A stretch of 64,000 bases of DNA from Sideroxydans sp. (GTDB lineage Bacteria; Pseudomonadota; Gammaproteobacteria; Burkholderiales; Gallionellaceae): positions 15,560 to 79,559 of the forward strand of contig JABFSI010000007.1 in the NCBI GenBank assembly GCA_013140695.1, written 5' to 3'. Of this stretch, positions 56,736 to 64,000 are shown in pieces. Within the stretch, counting starts at the first letter, position 1; the number at the start of each line of letters is the position of its first letter. Made by a program: the position numbers and the translations under genes. The notes below the pieces were generated by a model that worked only from the letters and a program-made list of their open reading frames with translations, had not been told where the DNA came from and did not search any database.

Positions 56736-58094
56736 TTAATTTAAAGATACTGTTTCAAGATAATCTGGCACCACTACCTGCCAATGCAGTTTCTCTTCGA
56801 TATGAATCCGCATTGCATCTGCTGCAACTGGTTCACCGTGGGTGATGAACGTCTTCTTTGGTGGAGTTTCGAAGCCGTGTAGCCAGTCCAGAATTTCCGA
56901 ATAATCAGCATGTGCAGAAAGGTTGGAAACATATTCAACATCAGCGCGTACTGGCACATATTCGCCATGGATCTTGATGCTTTCCACCCCATCTAGCATT
57001 GCCGCCCCGCGTGTACCCGCCGCCTGGAAGCCGACAAACAGGATGGTATTGTTGGGATTAGGTGCAAAAGCCTTCAAATGATGTACAACACGTCCACCAG
57101 TAGCCATACCGCTTGCTGAAAGGATAATCATCGGACCTTTGGTTTCATTCAGTCGTTTAGATTCTTCGACACTATTCACCATATGCGCCGTCCGGCATAG
57201 CGCACTACATTGTTCTGGCGTCAGGCGGTGCTCGCCACGATGATTATGAAATATCTCGGTGGCATCTACCGCCATTGGACTATTTAAATATACCGGGATG
57301 TCAGGTATAGCACCTGATGATTTGAGTAGATGAATGTAATAAAGCAGCTCTTGCGCTCTGCCCACTGCAAATACCGGTATAAGTACAACGCCTTTGCGTT
57401 TTACTGTTTGGTTGATAATTGCGGCTAGCTTAATTTGCGGATCACTGGGATCGTGCAATCGATTGCCATAAGTAGATTCAAGCACTAGGTAATCAGCTTG
57501 CTTTATGCGCACAGGAGCTTTCATCAAAATGTCATGGGGCCTACCAATGTCCCCTGAAAATAGAACAGACGTTTTCTGGTCATGAATGCGCACAAAAGCT
57601 GACCCCAGAATATGTCCGTTGGGCGAAAATCTTACGGTCAGACCATCCCCCAAATCGACGTCCTGTTCGAAATCAACGGGGGTAAGTAGTTCAAGTGCGG
57701 CCTGGGCATCTTCTTTCGTATAGAGCGGCAACGCTGGATGATGCTTGGAAAATCCGCGCTTATTAGCATATGCAGCTTCTTCTTCTTGCAGATGTGCGGA
57801 ATCAGGTAACAATATTTGGCATAAATCACGCGTTGCCTCGCTACAATAAACCTTGCCAGAAAATCCGTTTTTAACAAATAATGGCAGATACCCTGTGTGA
57901 TCAATATGGGCATGCGTTAACACCACCGCATCCACATCTCTTGGGTTGATTGGTAACTTGGCCCAATTTTTAAGGCGTAGCTGCTTAAGCCCCTGAAACA
58001 ACCCGCAATCAATCAAAATACGTTTTGAACCGCTGTTAAGCAAATATTTAGAGCCCGTCACAGTTCCCGTTGCACCTAGAAATGTTAATTCCAT
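56736..58094 (-). CDS. MBL-fold beta-CASP family hydrolase (RNA-metabolising type)
   Basis: LTFLGATGTVTGSKYLL, HAHIDHTGYLP, beta-CASP motifs, C-terminal THGEP. Confidence 0.8.
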   Translation of the reverse strand: MELTFLGATGTVTGSKYLLNSGSKRILIDCGLFQGLKQLRLKNWAKLPINPRDVDAVVLTHAHIDHTGYLPLFVKNGFSGKVYCSEATRDLCQILLPDSAHLQEEEAAYANKRGFSKHHPALPLYTKEDAQAALELLTPVDFEQDVDLGDGLTVRFSPNGHILGSAFVRIHDQKTSVLFSGDIGRPHDILMKAPVRIKQADYLVLESTYGNRLHDPSDPQIKLAAIINQTVKRKGVVLIPVFAVGRAQELLYYIHLLKSSGAIPDIPVYLNSPMAVDATEIFHNHRGEHRLTPEQCSALCRTAHMVNSVEESKRLNETKGPMIILSASGMATGGRVVHHLKAFAPNPNNTILFVGFQAAGTRGAAMLDGVESIKIHGEYVPVRADVEYVSNLSAHADYSEILDWLHGFETPPKKTFITHGEPVAADAMRIHIEEKLHWQVVVPDYLETVSLN

Positions 58095-58125
58095 TTTAGA
58101 TTCTCCTTAATTTGTGGTTTCGTCA

Positions 58126-58200
58126 CTATTCCAATTGGGTTGTAGTGGCGGCAGAATTGGATAACATCGTCGCAGTGCAAATTCGTACCAATAGCTTCAT
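58126..58200 (-). pseudogene. 24-codon stub of a second DUF411 gene (signal peptide only)
   Basis: MKLLVRICTATMLSNSAATTTQLE* versus MKLWIRICAVALTLNSAVALAG of the intact copy. Confidence 0.4.
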
Positions 58201-58219
58201 AGTTTTATCCGGTTCAAAT

Positions 58220-58798
58220 TTAGTGCATATGCTCATGCTGGGAATGCTCTTGAGCCTTGCCTTCGGGCATTGCGTTCGTATACGTATTTTCCTCGCCGGG
58301 CGACATAGAGCCATGTTCTTGGCCTTGTGCATGCCCAGTTTCCGCGACAGGCAACGACATCACTCCCAGCCCATGCCGGTAAACCAGCTCCCCGCCATGC
58401 CAGGCGGTAACGGCGATTAAGCCCCACGCGCCTATCACCGCACCTGCAAACCACCACGCAGGAATCGCATCCACCTTGCTACGCCAGACATCCCAGCCTG
58501 CCAAAACTGCCAGTACAGCCAGCGTGCCCAACGCCCAAGCACGATGTGCCAACATGGCAACATGGCCAGCTTCGTCGTGGTTAACACTGTTGAACGCCTG
58601 CCAGCCGAAAAAGGCGGTAGGCAGCGCCGCAAGCGCGCCCAGCCACAGCGTGGTATGGGCGAGGACGGCGCAGTGCCGGGCGCAGGCGGGGTTGCCCCGT
58701 GTCGCCAGCGCCGCTACGTGGAAGAACGCAGACACGCTGACCAGCGCGATAGGGAAATGCACCAGCAAGGGGTGTAAGTTAGGAATAATTTCAGGCAT
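58220..58798 (-). CDS. DUF2231-type membrane protein with a His-rich tail
   Basis: NLHPLLVHFPIALVSVSAFFH. 4 TM. Tail GHAQGQEHG...EHSQHEHMH. Confidence 0.7.
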   Translation of the reverse strand: MPEIIPNLHPLLVHFPIALVSVSAFFHVAALATRGNPACARHCAVLAHTTLWLGALAALPTAFFGWQAFNSVNHDEAGHVAMLAHRAWALGTLAVLAVLAGWDVWRSKVDAIPAWWFAGAVIGAWGLIAVTAWHGGELVYRHGLGVMSLPVAETGHAQGQEHGSMSPGEENTYTNAMPEGKAQEHSQHEHMH

Positions 58799-58875
58799 TG
58801 GTTATCTCCGTTTTCTCAAAAAAATTTTAAAAAAAATATCTATCTATGCATGTCATCTTGCGCTTTGCACACCAA

Positions 58876-59361
58876 TTACTTTTTACCGCCCTTTGGTTGA
58901 CGCATGAAGGGATCGTCGAACATGCGCGCATGCTTACCAAACAGTTCCATAACCCGATAGTGAAACTCTCTAATCGCTACCGCCGTATGGCCTCGATCAC
59001 TTTCAGTGGACAACTTATGCATCAAGCCCTGCATCTCTCGCAATAATTTGTCATGCTCTTGCTGATGAAAACGAAAACACTCATTGGTATCTTGGTTGCT
59101 AAAAATTTTGGACATAATTTTTTCTTCGTTTTTAAAGTGCTCAATGACTAAATCGATAAAAACATATTCAAATGAGATCAGTCGTCCTTGGCACGAAGCT
59201 ATTTTCTCTCTGCCACACCCCAAGCATCCTTTCAGGCTATCAAACTCGCAACAAGTCTCACACAACTCCCGCAAAAACTGATCCAGACGAGCATGCTCAT
59301 CCTCAATCTGTTGACGCTCAACTGCTGTAAGCTCCCTAACATCATTATCCAAATGTTGCAC
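58876..59361 (-). CDS. Hemerythrin-like metal-binding protein with a Cys-rich insertion
   Basis: IEDEHARLDQFL, IEHFKNEEKIM, FHQQEHDKL (hemerythrin His/Glu ligand pattern). Insert CETCCEFDSLKGCLGCGREKIASC. Confidence 0.55.
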   Translation of the reverse strand: MQHLDNDVRELTAVERQQIEDEHARLDQFLRELCETCCEFDSLKGCLGCGREKIASCQGRLISFEYVFIDLVIEHFKNEEKIMSKIFSNQDTNECFRFHQQEHDKLLREMQGLMHKLSTESDRGHTAVAIREFHYRVMELFGKHARMFDDPFMRQPKGGKK

Positions 59362-59456
59362 AGCTATCCCACTTTCTTAAATATTCCACCATCAGAAGCG
59401 GTTTCTAACCCTACTGCGCTTGACACATCTTTTAATTAACATCCCAAGCATTCATA

Positions 59457-59579
59457 TCAATGGGAGTGACCGGAGCTACTACCACCGGATGAACGCCCAG
59501 AATAAGAATCATCAGTCGAGGCACAACCCGCTAATGCAGAAACAACCAGCAATACAGCCACAAGAATTTTCACGTACAT
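59457..59579 (-). CDS. 40-aa lipoprotein (below the track cut-off)
   Basis: Hand translation: MYVKILVAVLLVVSALAGCASTDDSYSGRSSGGSSSGHSH. Lipobox LAGC. AAGGAGA upstream. Confidence 0.5.
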   Translation of the reverse strand: MYVKILVAVLLVVSALAGCASTDDSYSGRSSGGSSSGHSH

Positions 59580-59637
59580 TTTTCATCTCCTTAAGTAAAG
59601 TGAAGCAACTACTAATAAAATTTATTTCAATTCAGAA

Positions 59638-60189
59638 TCAATCTTTTAAACTGTTATACAACTCATTCATCATCTTGTAGTGGCCTCCGACTCGATCAAG
59701 AGAGAATTGATACATCAGCGTATTTTCCGAAAACTTTGCCCGTTCTACGTCCATATCTACAGTATTACCGTCAATGCTGGCCTGTTGTGGTACTACATAT
59801 TTCAGAGGAGCTACTGGAACAAGGGTTGATGCACGGCCTTGAAGATGATTTGAATTGGTGCTGGACATATTGAGTGCGGAACCTACGGAAGGTGCTTGCC
59901 GTAATTCTTTCTGGATATCAATGTCAACCGCTTTGTAATTGGGTGTATCGGCATTAGCGATATTAGCAGCGATGAGCTCTTGGCGACGCGCACGCAAAGC
60001 CAGAGCTCGCTCCTGAAAACCGTGTTCGATCATGCCGCGTTGACCAGACAGAGGAATATGTTTCGGATGTCCAGGACCAGTCCCGCCTCCCGCTCCGGCG
60101 GCGCTCATAGGCGGTTGTTCGGCCCGCGCATTACCTGCCACTAACCCTGCAACAACCAGCAGCACAGTTAACAGAATTTTCACGTGCAT
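59638..60189 (-). CDS. flgB: Flagellar proximal rod protein FlgB fused to a signal-peptide-like leader; orphan
   Basis: Residues 53-183: LALRARRQELIAANIANADTPNYKAVDIDI ... SIDGNTVDMDVERAKFSENTLMYQFSL. Residues 1-23 (MHVKILLTVLLVVAGLVAGNARA) duplicate the neighbouring lipoprotein leader. Confidence 0.75.
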   Translation of the reverse strand: MHVKILLTVLLVVAGLVAGNARAEQPPMSAAGAGGGTGPGHPKHIPLSGQRGMIEHGFQERALALRARRQELIAANIANADTPNYKAVDIDIQKELRQAPSVGSALNMSSTNSNHLQGRASTLVPVAPLKYVVPQQASIDGNTVDMDVERAKFSENTLMYQFSLDRVGGHYKMMNELYNSLKD

Positions 60190-60241
60190 TTTTTATCTCC
60201 AAATAAATACAAACTAATGAACTCACAGCAGGATACCGTGG

Positions 60242-63088
60242 CTAAACGATATATCGATCCCATCCCGCATAAGAATCCTTGATCCGCCCGCGCGGGATCG
60301 CCAAGGCAATCAGCAGCACGCCGCAGATCACGCCGTTCCAGGCCGCCAACGGCGAGGCGATACCGTCGAGCAGCCACGGCGCCGCGATCAACCATACGCC
60401 GAACGGGATGTTGATGAAGCGAATGGCGCGCCCGACCTCGGCCCAGGCCATGATCGAAAACGTCACCACCAGCGCGCCGATCAGGTGATCGCTGTCGGCC
60501 ATGGCGCCCGAGGTGTCGAAGCTGAGCCGCGTGAACGTGAGCCAGACGCCGATCGCGATACTGAGCAACAGCGTCCAGGGATAGGTCACGCCGCGCGTGG
60601 CCTGGGCCCACTGCTCGCCAGGGCCGGCAGCCAGCCCCTTGGCGGTGTCGTCACTGCCGCCGTCCATCGCATCGCCGGTCCAGAAGGTGCGCCAGAATGG
60701 CTTGCCTTGCTTGCGTGACCAAATCAGGAACTGGCCCATGGCGACGAACTCGTTGAGCGAATACGGGATCATCAGCGCCATCGCCAGCGCGGCGACCAGA
60801 CACAACGTGCACCAGGTGCCAATCACGATCGGCTGGATGACGATGAAATAGATGCTGACGACACCCAGCGGCACGATCAAGATGCCCAGCCCCAGCACCA
60901 TCCACGGCATGGTGCGCCAGCGGTTCTTGCCGGCCATCCAGGTCATCGCCAGTTCAAGCGTGTAGACGATTGCGCCCAGTGCGCCATCGGCAATCGGCCA
61001 GGCCTTGGACACATCCGAAGTAATGATCGTCTCCGTGCCGTTCATCGCGCCCTTCATGTCGCCCCTGCCGGCGAAGAACGGTTCCCAAACCGTATCGATA
61101 TGGCCGAGCTGATAGGCCCCGAGAATGCGTGCGATGAAAAATCCGATCAGCGCGAGCACCCCGATCGGCATCCGCTGCAGCCAGCTCGACGGCGTGTAGG
61201 CCCAGCCCGGCGGCACGTCCGGCTTGCCCATCATGCCGGCCATGCTCATGCCGGGCATCATGGGAATCAGCACCGACAGCGCGATCACCAGCGCGCCGAC
61301 CAGGGTGCCGTTGGCATAGGCCTCCGGCAGCGGCGTCCAGAACACCAGCGGCGCGAACAGCAACCACAGGCCGACGAAGGCGTTGGCCCACTGCGCCCAG
61401 GGATTGCGGCGCCACGCGTCCGCGGACAGCATACTGAAGACGATCACCAGGATGCCGCTGATGACATCGCTCCAGGTCATCAGCAGGTTGCGCAGTTCGA
61501 ACGACGGCAGCCCGCGCTCGGTCATGACGCGCAACTGGTTGGCGTCGGGAACGAAGTCGCTCAGGTAGCCGAGCGTGAACGGGCTAGTCAGCAGCCAGAG
61601 CCCGAGCATCAGGTTGAGATAATGCGGCCAGAGCATATTGCGATGGCTTTCGACCATCATGTCGCCGCCGTGCCCGGCAAGCTCATCAACCTTGGTGCCA
61701 CGCGGCATCAGCACCATGCCGCATTTGGGGCAACTGCCCGGTTCACTGCGCACGATTTCAGGGTGCATTGGGCAGGTGTATTCGACTGGCTGCGGCGACG
61801 GCGGTGCGACGGGTTCCAGGGTCGTGTCGCACCTCGGACAGTTCCCCGGCAAAGACTGGCAGACTTCCGTGTGCATTGGGCATGCATGCATCAGGCAGCC
61901 ATGCGCGGGGGTCGGTTCGATGTCCATCGTGATAAAAATATCGGTATCTTCGCCGTGCGCATGCTCGGACGCCTCTGACAAAGTATGCTCTGCCTCCTTC
62001 ATCAGGGACAAGGGCAGCTCCAGGCCGTGCTGGCGGTACCAGCCGAGCGGGTCGGCCTTCAATGCCGCCACCATCTTGGGCAGGGTCTGGCGCAGCGTGC
62101 GACTTGGTGCCCAGTCGAGCAGGGTACGGGCGCGCTTGATGTCCAGGGCATAATGGTCGTTGGCCCGGGCAATCATCCACGGCTTGATGAATGGGTCCTG
62201 ACCGGGCATGTGATCCTGAACCCACGCACCCACCTTGGCAATGAGCCCGGGAACATTGTGCGTCTCCCCTGACTTGCCGTGGATTAACCGCATGAATGTA
62301 TGCTGCAGCTCATCGTAGCTCAACGTCTCCGGTTCACCTACAAGTATCACGGACTCAGTCGGCAGTTGGGCACGGCACTCGATAGTACGCTCGATGACGT
62401 CGACTACGTCGTTCAGGTGGATGAAACTCTGGCCGTGCGAGGTCTCGCCGGAATACAGGTGGCCGGCGAGTTGCCCCTCATAGATGCGTTGGATCTGGTG
62501 CGCCAGCGGCGGTGAGTGACAAACATCGTCGTAGACACCGGCAAGGCGCAGGATCACGGCAGGAATCGCGCCGCGCTCCGCCTTGATGAGCGCCTCGGTG
62601 CGGACCTTCGACTCAGGGTAGGCCCAGGTTGGCTCGATCGGCGAGTCTTCGGTGATGAACACGCCCGGCTCGCCGGGCGCATGCACGAGCATTGTGCTGG
62701 AGAAGATGAATTGCTCGACCTCGAAACCCTTGCGCAGCCCGTGTCCCGTACCCTCGCGCAGCCCACGCAGCAGATTTGCCGTGCCCTCGATCGTGATCTC
62801 GTCGTATTTCTGGCTCGGTTTGCCGAGGAAATCGTAATAGGCAGCCAAATGGATCACTGCGGCGATGTGGGTCCCGTGGTGTTCACGCAGGACGCGCAGT
62901 CCTTCACGCACGCTGTCATAGGAAGCGATATCGACCGATATACGCACGCAATCAGGCGGCGCAGGGGTGGGCGAGTTGCGGTCGAAGCCCACGACATCGC
63001 TAAAGCGTCCAGTCAGCCGCTGCATCACCGCGTTGCCGATTCGTCCGTTGCAACCGGTAATCAGAATTATATTTCTTTTTGGTTTCAT
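60242..63088 (-). CDS. 948-aa fusion: SDR/epimerase domain, two heavy-metal-binding (HMBD) motifs, SPW-type membrane repeats and a VKOR-like core
   Basis: ILITGCNGRIGNAV Rossmann fold. ACPMHTEV..CPRC and YTCPMHPEIVRSEPGSCPKCGM. GLWLLTSPFTLGY, GLWLLFAPLVFW, GVWLIAAPWLLDG repeats. WCTLC in a TM helix. Confidence 0.75.
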   Translation of the reverse strand: MKPKRNIILITGCNGRIGNAVMQRLTGRFSDVVGFDRNSPTPAPPDCVRISVDIASYDSVREGLRVLREHHGTHIAAVIHLAAYYDFLGKPSQKYDEITIEGTANLLRGLREGTGHGLRKGFEVEQFIFSSTMLVHAPGEPGVFITEDSPIEPTWAYPESKVRTEALIKAERGAIPAVILRLAGVYDDVCHSPPLAHQIQRIYEGQLAGHLYSGETSHGQSFIHLNDVVDVIERTIECRAQLPTESVILVGEPETLSYDELQHTFMRLIHGKSGETHNVPGLIAKVGAWVQDHMPGQDPFIKPWMIARANDHYALDIKRARTLLDWAPSRTLRQTLPKMVAALKADPLGWYRQHGLELPLSLMKEAEHTLSEASEHAHGEDTDIFITMDIEPTPAHGCLMHACPMHTEVCQSLPGNCPRCDTTLEPVAPPSPQPVEYTCPMHPEIVRSEPGSCPKCGMVLMPRGTKVDELAGHGGDMMVESHRNMLWPHYLNLMLGLWLLTSPFTLGYLSDFVPDANQLRVMTERGLPSFELRNLLMTWSDVISGILVIVFSMLSADAWRRNPWAQWANAFVGLWLLFAPLVFWTPLPEAYANGTLVGALVIALSVLIPMMPGMSMAGMMGKPDVPPGWAYTPSSWLQRMPIGVLALIGFFIARILGAYQLGHIDTVWEPFFAGRGDMKGAMNGTETIITSDVSKAWPIADGALGAIVYTLELAMTWMAGKNRWRTMPWMVLGLGILIVPLGVVSIYFIVIQPIVIGTWCTLCLVAALAMALMIPYSLNEFVAMGQFLIWSRKQGKPFWRTFWTGDAMDGGSDDTAKGLAAGPGEQWAQATRGVTYPWTLLLSIAIGVWLTFTRLSFDTSGAMADSDHLIGALVVTFSIMAWAEVGRAIRFINIPFGVWLIAAPWLLDGIASPLAAWNGVICGVLLIALAIPRGRIKDSYAGWDRYIV

Positions 63089-63143
63089 GGATGTACTCCT
63101 CTAATCAGTAAGTGGCATGGCACGCCTCATTACACCCGACCTG

Positions 63144-63440
63144 TCACTTAAGCTGAGCCAGCATATATTCCACCGCAGCCTTGATGTCGGCCTCTGACAA
63201 TGTTGTATTACCCCCCTTTGCCGGCATCACACCCTGCCCCTTTAACACTGAGGCCACCAATCCATCAGCACCTTGTTTGAGGCGAGGTTCCCACGCGTCC
63301 TTGTCGCCGAGTTTCGGTGACAAGGACGCGTGGCAGACAGCGCACGACTTGTTGTAGACCGCCTTACCGTCAGCAGCCAAGGTTTGACTTGTCATCAAAA
63401 GTGCCATCGAAGCGGCAATTCCCAGTAGTGCAAGTTTCAT
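63144..63440 (-). CDS. Small soluble c-type cytochrome (c5/c555-like)
   Basis: Signal peptide, CAVCHA, GVMPAKGG distal Met, 98 aa. Confidence 0.85.
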   Translation of the reverse strand: MKLALLGIAASMALLMTSQTLAADGKAVYNKSCAVCHASLSPKLGDKDAWEPRLKQGADGLVASVLKGQGVMPAKGGNTTLSEADIKAAVEYMLAQLK

Positions 63441-63540
63441 AGCATTCCCTTTCTCATTAAACGATTACAACGCGATTCTCACTTACGACTGACTTATCCC
63501 GTACCCAGCGCAATCCAGCTTTATTAGATTGTGCTATTCC

Positions 63541-64000
63541 TTACGTTTCCCGCTGGACATCTGCGGGAATCAACTTCACGTTTTTAAACCACATCTCCCA
63601 GAGCGATATCAGTATCTGCAAGGCTAATGCCAAGCCCATGAAACCGCCACCTATCAACACCACATAGGCAAATACAGGCTGGTACTTGGTTATCCACCAT
63701 GCTCCGATATCCGCCCAGATCGTGACATACGGCAGAATGATGATCACAAGCCGCAACTTTTCAGAAACTCCGCTCAGGGCAAAGATCGCCCCGGTCAACA
63801 AAAAGATGATACCGATGCCGAAGAGATGCACGTGAGACACACGCGCCAACTGACTTAAACTAGCCCCCGTATCGATTTGTGTCACTTTTCGCACTTCTTC
63901 GAAGCTGGTGAGTGGCGGCACCGGCAGCCCTGACTTTGCGCTATGACAGGCCATGCAATTTTTCTCGAAATTCGGCTTCACCTTCTCATAGCCATTGGCA
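63541..64000 (-). CDS. Membrane protein with an N-terminal CxxCH motif, 5' end probably beyond the window
   Basis: The reading frame stays open upstream of the track start to base 64000 (..ANGYEKVKPNFEKNCMACHS). Then 3-4 TM helices. Confidence 0.55.
   Translation of the reverse strand, partial: ANGYEKVKPNFEKNCMACHSAKSGLPVPPLTSFEEVRKVTQIDTGASLSQLARVSHVHLFGIGIIFLLTGAIFALSGVSEKLRLVIIILPYVTIWADIGAWWITKYQPVFAYVVLIGGGFMGLALALQILISLWEMWFKNVKLIPADVQRET

Noticed and set aside
61100-61978. 292-aa plus-strand ORF and other long ORFs antisense to the 948-aa gene
   Set aside because: These are shadow ORFs in GC-rich coding DNA. They are Arg/His/Gln-rich with no recognisable domain, whereas the minus-strand frame carries clear domains.
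1-64000. Search for CRISPR arrays, tRNA, rRNA, integrase genes and att-like tRNA-flanking repeats
   Set aside because: I saw no regularly spaced direct repeats, no cloverleaf-like segments in the intergenic regions inspected, no rRNA-like stretches and no tyrosine or serine recombinase. This was scanned by eye only, so small RNAs could be missed.

Overview
Mosaic 64-kb metal-homeostasis island, probably from a proteobacterium. FlgB, a bc1-type Rieske protein and the Czc/Cop gene content look betaproteobacterial, but that is a guess. There are about 70 genes, and all but one are on the minus strand.

Content:
- Three P1B-type ATPases: a TRASH/YHS-headed CopA, a ZntA/CadA-type pump, and a His-rich CopB-like pump whose TM4 motif reads CPD.
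- One HME-RND efflux operon (czcI-like, OMF, MFP, RND), followed by a PII-like gene and a ZIP importer.
- An FTR1 iron permease, and a YbhGFSR-like ABC-2 exporter with an MFS gene.
- Many small YHS/TRASH, DUF2933-like, DUF2934-like, SHOCT and DUF5676-like proteins.
- Two MerR-family regulators, three ICMT/CzcN-like membrane methyltransferases, a CFA-synthase homolog and an archaeal-type SAM synthetase.
- Glycogen (GlgX, GlgP) and polyphosphate (PPK2) enzymes, and a thymidine-phosphorylase-family / PRPP-synthetase-family operon.
- LemA-TPM genes, cytochromes c, an orphan Rieske protein, an orphan chimeric flgB, and a 948-aa SDR-HMBD-SPW-VKOR fusion protein.

IS3-family stubs, several gene stubs and internal duplications show repeated rearrangement. 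No rRNA, tRNA or CRISPR array was seen.

Candidate undescribed biology:
(i) A twice-repeated module of secreted Ig-like protein + tiny His-rich membrane protein + ICMT methyltransferase. It is linked to a MerR-type promoter cassette duplicated in front of both a copA operon and a cfa-like gene, and to a dedicated archaeal-type SAM synthetase.
(ii) A stand-alone nuclease-like gene in an AT-rich islet.
(iii) A tightly overlapped TP-family / Prs-family / unknown / MFS operon.
(iv) The CPD ATPase and the 948-aa fusion.

All function calls rest on motif recognition by eye; nothing was checked against databases.
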